A stretch of 62,961 nucleotides of DNA, counting the filler, from Nemertoderma westbladi (Eukaryota; Animalia; Xenacoelomorpha), in the NCBI GenBank assembly GCA_032718475.1. It is 3 parts of 3 records of this genome, joined end to end, with 100 filler letters (N's around TTAATTAATTAA, not from the genome) between each part and the next. Parts side by side here need not be neighbours in the genome. Positions count along the whole stretch, not along the records: positions 1 to 28,051 come from JAUCBJ010004748.1; 2 more parts are not named here. One strand, written 5' to 3'. The notes under the pieces are model-generated. The model was not told the DNA's origin. It searched no databases and worked only from the letters and a program-made list of their open reading frames with translations. Below are positions 1 to 12,046 of this stretch, in pieces (position 1 is the first letter of the stretch; every line of letters starts with the position of its first letter). The translations under genes were made by a program, and so were the position numbers.

Positions 1-437
1 CCCCCGGCTCGGTGACCTCTGGATCCGCCCCTGCTTCTATGACAAAAACCTATGGAGGAATGGCGTGTGTCATCTACAAACCGAATGAGGCGCAACTGGC
101 ATCTGGTTCATCAGACCAATTGATAACTATTCCACAAATGGAATGGGTTTATTGATTTCAACTTCCAGTCAGTCAGTCAGTCCAGTCACTTTCAATAATT
201 ATACTTCACATAATTATCTTCACAAGATGCATCAATAATTTTATTGAAATGAAAGTTGTCAAAAGTGAGTCATAACATTTGGGATGGGGGGTACTTGGCA
301 ATTTCTTGAAATCATCAATGATGCCAGCTGTGCATTAATCGTATTATTGAAGACAGTTAAATTACACAACAAATCATAAAAAATATTTATTTACGCACAA
401 ATTTATTGAGTGATTCTACCATAAAAACCGTATTTAA

Positions 438-1634
438 CCCAATTAGTACCGGGCTATAAAATGTTGTACAAGTACCGGGGGAGGGGGGGGGGGGTCATAT
501 TGACCCCCCACCTGTAAAATCTACAAATTTTAATGAAAACGTCTGATTTTTTGTTTGTACGTAGAATGGTCTGAATCCGACCGAATAAAAATTTCGAAAA
601 AAAAGTACTGGGGTGGTTATTTTGCAGCACCAAAATTACAAGTAGTGATGAAATTTTCATAAAATTTGACAGTTACAATTTTCGGCTAATTGTTTTTCAA
701 TCAGGTTTTTTGATGCGTAAAATCCATTGGAAAATATTTAAAAATAATCTGATTAGTATAAATGGCTGTTTTAGTCCTCTATGTAGGCAAAAAATGAAAA
801 AAACAAGTATCCAGCACTTTTCAGTTTGAACACAAAATTTTTAATTCACTTATACGATGCCGTAATTTCACACTTTTAGGTTTTCTGGGGCGCTAATAAT
901 AATGGAATACATTTTTAATTTTCCAGATCATTGCTAATCGTATTTTTCGGCGAAATATGTCAAATTTTGGTGCTAGCACCAAATGTCGAACCCATTACCA
1001 AAAAGTACAAGTTTGAGATGTCCAGTGAGGTTTTTATTGATTCCATCGGATTCAGGACCCTCATAAACCAGTATAACGCAAGAAACAACATGATAAACCC
1101 GTATAACGCAAGAAACAATATGATACTATCTATTGATCAATTTGCTTATTTTCAAAAATTTGTTTCTGGCACAACAATTATCACCCACCGGCGAAAAATA
1201 TAAGTTTGAAAACTCTTATGCAATTTTTATTTATTCCATTGACATATTTCAAAATTTGGTGCTGGCAAACAAATTGGCACCCACCGAAAAAAACAAGTTT
1301 GAAATTTCTAAATTTATTTATATGCATTCAATCTAATTGTAAACACCAAAAAACCGGTGTAAATAAAAAATAGAGATGTTACAAATCATATTTCATGAAA
1401 TGTAATTTTCAAAAAACGCCTCAAAAAAAGTGGCAAACGTAGGGTTTTAAAAAAGGTGCTATAACTCAAAACTTCCCAATATTTTTGAAAACCGTTTTTA
1501 CTATTAGGAAGACAATATATTTGTAGGAAAAGTCATAAAATTTCAGATTCCCCAATGCCTTTTGTTTCAGAGTTATAACAAAAAAACCACGGAGGGTCCC
1601 CCCCCCCCCCCCCCCCCCCCCCCGGTTAATAGGG
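438..1634. mobile_element. non-autonomous piggyBac-like element
   Basis: TTAA at 434-437 and 1635-1638; CCC...GGG termini; imperfect TIR CCCAATTAGTACCGGG vs CCCTATTAACCGGG; no coding capacity. Confidence 0.65.
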
Positions 1635-2766
1635 TTAAGAAATTATGCCAAATCACAAATCAATCAAAGAAGAGGGGACAGTTACACCCCTTCAACACCC
1701 CTTTTAATCTGCACCCCATCAAAAAAAGGGAACAATAGATTAATTAAATAAATATGTACTAACAACCTAATATACAATTACAAAAAAACAATACAATGGC
1801 ATTACATCGATCTAATCTGTTTATCTTAGGGTTGCAGTGACAACTCTTTTAATGGGCCACCTGGATATAGGGTGGGGGGAAGCTGGGCGCAAATATAACA
1901 CTATAACTAACTATAGAATGATCCATCCGATCTGACTTCCCTTCAGCCTTTCAATTGCTTAGAAAATTTTATGTACCGCTATCTGCCTACCATTCTGGGT
2001 CCGGTCCGAACGAATTCACAGAAGATATTTGGGGCGAACATAAATATGAGCCCGAATTATTGTGTGGTAGTGCAGCTCCACCTGACCAGCCAGAAGCTTG
2101 GAGCAGTAGGCCTAGCCTACTACTTAAATATGTGTCAAGGTCAACTTACCCGGGCACCAGGTAATGACAGAGTAAGTTACATTATAAAATCGATACATTA
2201 TTGGCAGCTTGGCATTGATGTCATAGCAGTCCGAGTACACTGTCATACTACTCAACAATTGTCATGCATTCTCCAGTCCTCGGTTAGTCTAGTCTAGCGG
2301 TACCGAAAGTTGATAGACAAAATTCTCAACCCTTGTACCCCCCTCCCCCTCCCTGTGCCCCCCTTCCCACCCCGTCCCTGAGATGGAATAGCGAGAGATT
2401 GAAATCCGATCTGGCAGCAGATCTGGTGAAATGTGAGTGGACTGTGTTGCGTTTTTGAAATAATTTGGAAAGTTTGGATGCCGAATTTATACGGTTTGAA
2501 TGGATGTCGTACATAAATGGGGCTACTTGATATTCATATAATAAATTGAGGGGTAATATTTTTAACTGTTGATAAATTGGTGTAGCAGAGTTACGGTAGT
2601 AGGTGAACGTGATGCAGCGGAGAAGTTTATTAATTTTTATGCGAATTGGTTTTATAACAGTGGAGGGGGCGTTGCCCCAAAGGATAAGACAGTAATTTAC
2701 ATGAATAAGGGAAAAATAAAGTGTGCGTAATATATGGAGGGGGAAAATGAGGCGCAATTTATAAAA

Positions 2767-4079
2767 CGCAATAATTTTTATTGTCCATTTTTATCCTTTT
2801 TTTGTCAATTTTTTTTTATTTTTTATGTCATCCAAAAGTCTAATGTTAGGTTCCATGCTACCGGTTTCTCTACTGCTGTTCTCTCAGGCTATCAGTACCG
2901 GTTAGTATATATATAGCACTATTTTGCTGTATTGTATGTACAGATGTAGGTATAAAGCAGGTATTTCTGTATTTTAGTACTGTACTTTATTACTGCTATA
3001 GGCCTACTGTGTAGCCTACCATTTAAATACGGTAATGGTAGGCCTACCGGTTGTGCTAATAAATTTTAAATAATTGATAGGCGAAACTGGATTGCAGGAT
3101 TGTGGAAAATGTGGATATACCTTTCACATAATTTAGGCCTTACTGTATTAGTTTTATAATCAATAATGGATCATGACTACTGTCTGAGTAGTGTTACGGA
3201 TAGCGGCTCCACTACTTCCAACAGCACAGAAGGCCCGCCTCTGTAACCTGCCCCTTTCCCTCAATTAGTTAAATGATCGTTTATTGTTTTGGTTAGAAAA
3301 TCCCGTCTCTGTAACCTGCTCCTTTCCCTCAATTAGTTAAATGATCGTTTATTGTTTTGGTTAGAAAATCCCGTCTCTGTAACCTGCTCCTTTCCCTGAT
3401 TTGGTAAAGTGACTGTTTATTGTTTTGGTTAGAAAATCCCGCCTCTGTAACCTGCTCCTTTCCCTCAATTAGTTTAAGTGATCGTTTATTGTTTTGGTTA
3501 GGAAATCCCGCCTCTGTAACCTGCTCCTTTCCCTCAATTGGTAATGTTATCGTTTATTGTTTTGGTTAGAAAATCCCGTCTCTGTAACCTGCTCCTTTCC
3601 CTCAATTAGTTAAATGATCGTCTATTGTTTTGGTTAGAAAATCCCGTCTCTGTAACCTGCTCCTTTCCCTGATTTGGTAAAGTGACTGTTTATTGTTTTG
3701 GTTAGAAAACTCGGCCTTAACCTGCTCCTTTCCATCAATTGGTAATTGTTTTTGGCTATAAAGTGTTTTGCTACGTCATGTGGTAATCGATTATCGACAA
3801 CAACCACAAACTATTAAATATAGAGTCTTTTTACCACAGGCGCATATGGAAATCTATCTCATAGTCTATAAATCATGGAATCATGGAATGTTTTGGCACA
3901 GGCATAGTGAAATCAACTGTCTGACAGTCCAGAAATCAGCAGTCTGACAGTTTGAAGAAATACATACATAAAAAGTGACAATAAAAGTCATTAAATGGAC
4001 AACAAAAGTCATTATGCATAATTCGTAAAAAAAAAAGTGACAAAAAAAGTCAAATAAATTGACATAAAAAATCACTGCC
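2767..4079 (-). mobile_element. non-autonomous Mutator-like DNA element, copy 1, with internal 68-bp tandem array
   Basis: 9-bp TSD TTTATAAAA (2758-2766, 4080-4088); imperfect A/T-rich TIRs; near-identical inverted copy at 28418-29856. Confidence 0.8.
3234..3760. repeat. 68-bp tandem repeat, about 7-8 copies
   Basis: unit CCCGTCTCTGTAACCTGCTCCTTTCCCTCAATTAGTTAAATGATCGTTTATTGTTTTGGTTAGAAAAT starting at 3302, 3370, 3438 etc. Confidence 0.95.
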
Positions 4080-4710
4080 TTTATAAAATAGTCCTGTGGA
4101 TCGGGAAATTTTTTTAAAAACGTATGAAATATGGGTTTTCCAATTTAGTTTGTTATCGATCCATACACCTAATAATTTTGAGTCGTTACAATTTGAGATT
4201 TCAGTATTATTTATGGTAATTTTGGGATAGTTAGATAAATTAATATTTGATATTGAAAATATAGTGAATTCGATTTTTTTTTTTTTGTTTCCCCAGGTTA
4301 CCATTATTATATCTTATATTAATCTAATTAATTAATTAAATCAAATATCCAATATAACATAAATACATCAATAATTAAACGCTACAATACATTTTTAATA
4401 GTAAAATACAAAAGTAATCTGTACATAATATTACAATAATAAGAATAATGGGACATTTTATATAACCTAAATAAGTTTGTGTAGGGGTGGCGAGCAAGGG
4501 CCTGCAGATGATAATGCTACTCTAAAAAAATAAATTAAGAAGACAACAATACTAATTTTGATAAAATGTGATAAAAAAAAGGGAAAGGAATAATAAAAGG
4601 CATCTATTCGTCGTACAGGAGGTAATCACGATTAAAGTAGGAAAATCTCGTCTAGGTTTCTGCCTAGATGTCTAGGTGTCTAGGTTTCTACACCCCGTAC
4701 CGAAGGCCCC

Positions 4711-5784
4711 TACTACTAGTACTACTACTACTACTACTAGGATCGGCATGCTGCATTGCAGCTGCATTTTTAAGAATGCTGTGCCGGCTTGTCAACAAAA
4801 TTACACCGCCACAACTCCCTATCACCCATGACATTTGCTAGATCATCCGCATCTTTAAGGCCAGTGTCCTTTAAGATGCGTCTCAAGAAAGTCATGGGCT
4901 GTCCACCATGCTTATTCACTCCATGAGGCTGCCAAAGTACAAGATTTTGCACTGGCTGGTCCTCACGGCGAAAGCAATGTCCTGCAAAGCGGAGGCGATT
5001 TTGTTCTAGTGTCAAGCTTGGGGGAACCAATGAGACACCTCCAATGTTATATAGTGTCTGGTTGGAGATGTGTGCATTGTACTTGACACAATGAACCCGG
5101 CGTAGCATTCTTGTGAATGTGCCATTCAGAGATTTGGTGTCCTCAGCAGTTAGAGCCCAGCATGGACTCCCGTAGAGGAGTACTGGAACTACTGCTGCTC
5201 TAAATAATCGGACCTTAAGTTTCCGATTAATTCTCGGTGACTTACAAATCCTGGAAAGCCTATTCAAGGCTGCCCATGCCTTTCCCTTACGTATTCGAAG
5301 GTCCTCACCTGACTACCGGATCCATGATCCCAGGTAACAGAAGTCGTCCACATGCTCAAGCATACCATCCTTTGAGCTTATGCTCATCCGATCAGAGACT
5401 TGCTGAGGACTTTCAAAGTTAACTGTCAGAATTTTGGTCTTTCTGGAGTTAATAAAAAGACCAACACTAGAAGCAGCATGTTCTAATGAGCCGAGGAGCC
5501 GTTGGGCTCCCTCTAATGATTCTGAGAGCACTCATAAGTCATCAGCAAAGTCTAGATCAGTTAGGTACTTGGCAGGATTTCCTCGACTTCTAGAGCCAGT
5601 AGGTGGAGTTATCATCACCCCATCATCATTATAATGATCTAAGGACATGCGTAGAACATAGTCAACCACAATAATGAACAAGAATGGTGCAAGTGTGTCT
5701 CCTTGGAGGACGCCCCATAACACTTCAAATGGTTCTGTGTCACCGTCAACAGTAGACACAAATGTTGTCGAAAAAAGGGTCACT
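4711..5784 (-). mobile_element. 5'-truncated RTE-clade LINE (family 1), RT C-terminal half with (TAG)n tail
   Basis: GVLQGDTLAPFLF, DLDFADDL, YLGSWI, VLLYGSPCW, RLRFAGHC motifs in ORFs 5532-5783, 5313-5531, 4770-5267; TAG-repeat tail 4711-4740; 32-bp flanking duplication. Confidence 0.9.
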
Positions 5785-5785
5785 A

Positions 5786-6720
5786 TTAAAGTAGGAAAAT
5801 CTCGTCTAGGTTTCTGTTAGAGGGGAAGGTGCCGAGGACTGCGGTGGCATTTCCTCTTACCACCGCCATGGATAGGCGTGGGTGGAGGAAAACTGTGGAC
5901 CGGGGTTCACCAGTGGTATGGGCGATCCTCCTCCCTATCTCACGAATGGTGCTGGTTGCTTCAGCACCAATGGGTCCGAGGGTCTCTGTAGCTATAGTCA
6001 CAAAGTGGTAGTCATGGCACAGGTCAGCGTATTTGTGTGACTTTAAACGCTCTGCTGCGGTTGCTGCTGCTCCGGCTGTCTGGGACGTCGTGGGGAGGTA
6101 GGATGTAGCTAGGGTATCCCTAAATGTATAGTCCCAAACAAGCATCCTGCCTTTTGACCATGGTGACAAAGTCATTCCATCAGGTTTTTTCCCATCTCTC
6201 GTCATGCCTCTTGGTTCTAGGGTGGATGGTATACCAGCTGAGTTAAGGGCGCGGTGGATGATGTCGTTCGCTTCAGCGTGGCGGGTGTATTTGCCATAGT
6301 TGTGGATGCAGCTTAGTCCGTGTACACCTGAGGTGTTTACTTGAGTACCGCAGCTCCTACATTCATGCCCAGTGCAGATTGTAGTGCCTAGGCGGAGAGC
6401 TACACCAATTCGTAGTTGGTCATCCTCGAAAGTGAAAGTGAAGATATTGGAAGGGCGTTTAGCCAGTCCCCAGCGTGATCTGCCCTGGCGGCTATCAGAC
6501 GTGCCTTGCTGAGGGGGGTGCTAGCGGCTGCTAGTAGTTCTTCAAACCGGATAACGCTCATGGGGTGGTCCCATGCTTTCTGTATAGAAGGGTTGGGTGG
6601 TGGACTTGTTCCTGGGCGGGGATGTGTCATAGCCCGGGTTATTGCTGGATCTGTATTACCTTCAACATGAGGAGGGAGGAGTGCTCGGAGTAGGGGAGTG
6701 CATCCGAAGACTGATGCCAA
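5786..6720 (-). mobile_element. CRE-like non-LTR retrotransposon 3' fragment (CCHC knuckle + REL PD-(D/E)xK endonuclease)
   Basis: WLNALP; RLGTTICTGHECRSCGTQVNTSGVHGLSC; RHAEANDII; DGKKPDGMTLSPWSKGRMLVWD; ETLGPIG. Confidence 0.85.
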
Positions 6721-6721
6721 A

Positions 6722-8720
6722 GTTTTTTTTAATTAATGAGTAATTTATTATTTAATAGCCAATTATGTAGTTTATTAAGTTCAGTGTTGGTATATTCGAT
6801 TAAAGTGTTTAGATTAGAATGGAAGGAAAGTAACGTTGTATCGTCCGCGAAGAATGGAAGGAAAGTAACGTTGTATCGTCCGCGAAGAGAGTGGCTAATA
6901 AATTAGTGGCGTCGGGAAGGTCATTGATAAAGATTAGAAAAAGAAGAGGTGATATGACAGAACCTTGGGGGACGCCGCAAGCAATCGGAAGAAGAGAAGA
7001 ACAAAAGGAACCAAGTGATACAAACTGAGACCTATCGGAAAGGAAGCTTTCTATGAGTTGAAGTGGACGACCTCTGATACCGTAGCATTCGAGTTTATAT
7101 AAGAGAGTTTTATGGTGGACGGTATCAAAGGCCTTCTGTAAATCAATAGAGATTGCACATGATGAGATGTTTGAATCAAGGAGAAGGTTAATTATTTCTG
7201 TTATAGATAAAAGAGCATGCGAAGTAGAAGTTTTAGGGCGGAATCCGAATTCAAAATTACTTAAACTATTGTACTTATCGAGGTATGACTGTAACTGGGT
7301 GTTAATTATTGTTCGAGAAATTTACTGAGAATAGGGAGAAGCGATATGGGGCGATAGTTGTTGGGGTCTGTTGGGTTGTCTTTTTTGTACAGAGGTATTA
7401 CTTTAGCAGTTTTTAAAGATTTTGTGATTAACAATTTTTGACGAAAGATTTTTACTGCAAATAGTATAAGGTTTTGGTAGAAGGTATCGAATTTGTCAGT
7501 TGTTGGGATGGTTGGTGAATTGTAAGTCCAAGAATTAGAATTAAGAATATCATTAGAAAAACATTTTTGTTGAATTTTGAAAAGTCGTAAATTGATTGAA
7601 TGGGGTTTAGATTTATTAAAGACGCAGTGAAATGTTTGCAAAACGATGAAGGTAGGATGATGGTCAGTGTTACCAATTTTACAATGGAAAGAACCTGCAT
7701 TCGATATGTGTGAGGTGATATTGGTGATTACATGGTCTAAAAGACTTTCAGTTTTATTTACTGGATCAACTCTAGTTGCATGAGTAAGTAATTGCAAAAA
7801 TTCGTATGAGTTAAGTGTATTGATATAAGTTTGTTGAGTTGAATTTTTGAATTGTTTAAGGAGATTAATATTATAGTCGCTGGTAAGAATTACATCGAAA
7901 TTTTTATTAGAGGTGAGCGTGGGTAGTGTTTCGTCGAGCAATGAAATAAAATCATGTTCTGGAACGGAATGTGGTCTATAGATGGCGCCTATGATTACAG
8001 GTTTTGTTTTGGGATGTGAGATGCGCACCCATGAGCTTTCGACGCCCGGAATATTAAACTCGTCACAAGAACTGAATGAAGTCTAATGAATTAGAAACAT
8101 AAGTCGCTGTTCCACCGCGTTTGGATTTGCCGTACTTTCTATTATCAATAATGGGAAAATGGTATCCGTCAATTTTAACAGTATCAAGTGGTGTGTCGTC
8201 ACTAAAAAAGGTTTCTGAAAAACATAAAATGTCAAATTTGTAATTTAGAGATTTTAAAAAAATAATCACTGAATCAAAGTTGAAATTCAGGCTATAACAG
8301 TTAAGATGAAAAACAGAAAAGGAATGTTTTTTAGTGGTAGAGAATCCCTTACTAAAAGTTTCTGGAGAAAAGGGTCCTCTATCGAAAGATATATTGGTTA
8401 GGTTTCGATCGGGGTATATGTTAGAAAATGTTTGATTGGTCAGATTTGTTGGGTCAGTGTCGTTATGATGAAAATTAAGAAAAATATCGTAATCATCATC
8501 GGGAATGGTTGAGAATGGAAAAATATTGGCGCTACAATAAATGCAAAAGGCGGGCCTAGATTCGGGGTTGAAAATTGAAAAATCTAAACGGGATAAGTAC
8601 GTACCGCACTACAGATGGAAAACTAATTTACAATTAAAAATAAATTCATTTTCACTAATTACCGAATAGCAAAAGGCACTAGGGGTTGAGGGAATAGATA
8701 CAGGCAATAATGGCATACAG
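6722..8720 (-). pseudogene. degraded CR1/L2-type ORF2 (PHD-like N-terminus, APE endonuclease, RT fragment)
   Basis: FDILCFSET, IIGAIYRP, DYNINLL, LLDHVITN, TDHHPTF, KVIPLYKK, NYRPISLLP, GVPQGS, FADDT; frameshifts and deletions. Confidence 0.85.
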
Positions 8721-8808
8721 TATAAGGGGGATGGTAAATCTAACTACAGTATGTGTCAATGGCATACAGTATAAGGGGGATGGTAAATCTAACCACAGTA
8801 TGTGTCAA
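8709..8808. repeat. ~50-bp tandem duplication
   Basis: ATGGCATACAGTATAAGGGGGATGGTAAATCTAACTACAGTATGTGTCA present twice. Confidence 0.9.
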
Positions 8809-9290
8809 TGATATACATACACATTCATGGACTGACATCATGCAGTGTGGAAATAAAATAAATGTATGAAAAAAAAATGTATCCTCTACCGGTATTACTG
8901 TCCATTTCTACCGGATAAAGTCAGTTTGAAGTGTCATAGATTAGCTTAGGCCTTGGCAAGGACAAACAAAGTTTTTTTACAGTTAGGCAACACAACATAG
9001 AAACAATAAAATATAGAGAAGCACAATCAACCAAGCAATAAAAAAAACAAGAATTCCCTAAGACAAAAAAAAATTTCAACGAGTTGCAGAATATTGAGAC
9101 GGTTCAAATCAGGGAAGATAAGCTACTCGTTGCCATCATCAGGATTAACAAGAGAGGCGAACCATGTTAATTTACACGTAAGTAGTACAGTTGGGTAGGG
9201 GTGCGCTCTAAATTAGTTAGGCAACACAACATAGAAAATGAACAGAAAAAAATATAGATAAGCACAATAAACCGAACAAGAAAAAACAAT

Positions 9291-11077
9291 AATAATATAT
9301 TATATACACCCCCGCGCGGGTTAAATTTGAGTACAGTAAACATATTAAAATAATGCTGAACGGCAGTCAATGATTAAAATGTAAATAATATAAAAGTTAC
9401 TGGGAGGCGAGAGAGGTCAGCGAGGGACAGTTAGCGCAGCTGAGGGCATGATACCGGGTGACGCACGGGAGGTGGCAATATTTACAGATACAATCGGGTG
9501 AGAGGGGATGGAATGGTGTTGCGTTTCCACATATGAGATGGTGGAAGCCATGGGCGGTGGCTCGGGTCACGTGGTGTCGGTTTCTTTGTCCGGCCATTTT
9601 CCAGAACGAACTGGAAAAGCCGGGGCCATCTCTATACGATTCCGCATTGAAGTTCTCGTCGCGTTCACGCCAGAAGTCCTGGTATCTCGTAATTACATCA
9701 GCCGGGAAGAAGTTCGGATGTTTGGAAATTACAGTCGCCATAAATGGTTTTTCTTTAACTAAAGGAGGCCGATGTATGAAGAGAGACCATTCTTTTTATG
9801 TGGGTATTCTTTATTTTATCTAATTCTTTGAGGTTCGCTAAGGTGAGGTATTTGCCGATACTGGTTATAAGGTAGAGTGCTGCAGGAGCCAATTTCATAT
9901 TGAATATTTGTATGCCAGTTTCGATGGAGAGCAGGGGTAGATGGTTGAGGGATCCGATAATAGAATAAGCGCTTATTTTCTTTTGTTGAATGTGTTCGGA
10001 GAAGAAGAGGGATGGCTGGAGGATTAGACCGAGATATTCGTAGTGGTTTACTATTTCTAGAGGTGTTCCGTTGTAGTGGAATTTGTCAGCACGGGCTAGG
10101 CGCCCGGCTTTGCAGAATTTCATTATATTTGTTTTCTTTAAGTTGATGGTCATTCCGTTTAATATGCACCAGTCGTGTAGAACGTCGAGGGCGGGTTGGA
10201 GTTCCTCTTGGTCGTCGGAGTACAGGACGAGGTCGTCGGCGTAGAAAATAAGTTTGACAACTCGGCAGACACTTAATACCGTGTGGGCGAGATCGGTGAT
10301 AAATATAATGAAACAAGTTGGAGATAGGCAGTCGCCTTGCAGTATTCCACGGAGTTGCTTTATGACGTTAGTTAGCCATAGGCCGTCGTAGATTCGAATC
10401 GAGTTGTCTAGGATATATTTTATTATGTCGTATGTTTTCCCTTTAATTCCGATGTTATATATCTTGTAGAGGAGAACTGCTCTTCTTACTAAGTCGAATG
10501 CTTTCCAGAAGTCCACGAAAGCAGCGAACACGAATTGTTTGCCGTTTCCGGGGCGCCGGAACGATGAAGAGATGTCGGAGAGGAGTTTCTCTACTGCCTG
10601 GCGAGTGGATCTCCCTGGTAGAAATCCGTATTGAACATCAGGGATTAGGTGTATTACGTGTTGTATTATACGCTTGTTTTGTATCGAAGTAAATATCTTT
10701 AAGAGAACCGATAGTAGGGCAATTCCTCTGTAATTATCGGGATTTGTTACTGCTCCTTTGCCTTTGTAGAGTATTTTTATTATACTCTGTTTCCATAGCG
10801 ATGGCATTCTCCCTAGGTTTAAGCACACGTTAAATAATAGAGTTAGAGTAACTAATATAAACGGGGCTGCGCTCTTTAAATGTTTGTAAAATAAACGGTC
10901 GGGGCCGCATGTTTTATTGTTGGAGGAGTCGTGCAAGGCGCTAGAGACTTCCTCTGCGGAGATGGGCTCATTGAACAATTCTGCTGAGGCTTTCTCATTG
11001 GCCGATGAGTTTGGGACAAATGGGCAGTCAGGGGGAGTATTGGGGTTGCCAACGAGGTTAGAGAAATGGGATTCCAG
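9291..11077 (-). mobile_element. 5'-truncated LINE (RTEX-like RT with C-terminal Cys/His motif) nested in the CR1-like inter-ORF region
   Basis: 14-bp TSD CAAGAAAAAACAAT (9277-9290, 11078-11091); 441-aa RT ORF 9755-11080 (NYRGIAL, QYGF, FVDFWKAFD, GILQGDCLSP, YADD, YLG) plus 9397-9741 tail ORF. Confidence 0.88.
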
Positions 11078-11080
11078 CAA
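9755..11080 (-). pseudogene. non-LTR reverse transcriptase domain (frameshifted near C-terminus)
   Basis: complete RT motif set with YADD; continues in another frame to 9397. Confidence 0.9.
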
Positions 11081-11278
11081 GAAAAAACAATTCCCTAGAA
11101 AAAAATTGCAATGTTGCAGAATATTGAGACAAAACTAAACACGGAAGATAAGCTACTCGTTGCTGTCCTCGGGATTAACAAGGGAGGCGAACCTGTTGTT
11201 AGGTATGAGGTCAATTGAGCGTAATTGCGATAAGGAGCCGCGACGCGTTTGAACCCTGGAGGTTCTTAACTTAAGGAC

Positions 11279-11900
11279 CTATTCTAGGGCTACCAAATCA
11301 GTGTGGTTGGTAATCGATTCCGGTTTCCCACCTTTCGTAATACAAATACAAACATTACCGTTGTAGGAGTAGGCTGAACCCAGGTTGAATTTATTTTTTA
11401 TCTTAGTTTCAGCACGAAGTAGATCCGCGCGAAGAGGAGTTAAATGGTCGGTTACGTACACATGGTCCGGAAAGAAGCTTCTCTTTGTCCGCCAAGACAG
11501 TATAGCGATGAGAGTGACCCAAGAATTTAACGATAATAGGGCGAGTGCCATGGCCCCTCTTAGCTGGACCATGGCGATGGAAAACATCGATAGACTCAGA
11601 CTTTATGCCTAATTCGCTCAGCATGTTGTTAACTTCTGTTCGATCATATAAAGAGGGGGAGAATTCTGGAAAACCATGAAAGAGAAGGGAGTTCCGGTGG
11701 TTATATTGTTCGCGGTCGTCACATGAGAGTTTTAAATTTGTAAGTTTGTCGCGCAGAGATTTATTATCATGTTCAATTGAAGTAACGTGAGATCCGAGAT
11801 TGTTGCTGATCGAATCGAGTTTCTCGTGTATAGAGCTCATTTCCTTGGATAGGGTATCAAGGATTGCCTCGATTTTGATTAGTCTGTGGGTGGCGCCATA
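11279..11900 (-). pseudogene. CR1/L2-type ORF1 (coiled-coil + RRM-like), frameshifted
   Basis: DDREQYNHRNSLLFHG, FHRHG, RPIIVKF, VYVTDHLTPLRADL; lies upstream of the ORF2 at 6722-8720 on the same strand. Confidence 0.8.
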
Positions 11901-12046
11901 GAAGATTGCTGGTCTTGATCGTCTGATCGTTAAGTGCGTTGATGGAACGTTGAACCGTCACTCAAGTCATCATTTTTTCAGTTCTTCCCACCCCCTCCCT
12001 GCCCCACTTCCCACCCCCATTACTATCAGTGCGGTACAAGCCTTAA

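Larger units (their letters stand above)
1730..4304 (-). mobile_element. 3' portion of a CR1/L2-group LINE ORF2 plus probable 3' UTR, split by the 2767-4079 insertion
   Basis: SKLLGVWIDNKLNWKTHISYVFKKISRSTGLFYK (4050-4304) continues as LRLIFPLHILRTLYFSLIHVNYCLILWG (2326-2757) once the insert is removed; left boundary approximate. Confidence 0.8.

Noticed and set aside
3234-3760. CRISPR-like 68-bp periodicity
   Set aside because: The whole unit repeats; the variable part has only two or three recurring variants
9100-9165. Hammerhead ribozyme (minus-strand CTGATGA)
   Set aside because: No GAAA partner strand, and the core is not conserved in the second copy
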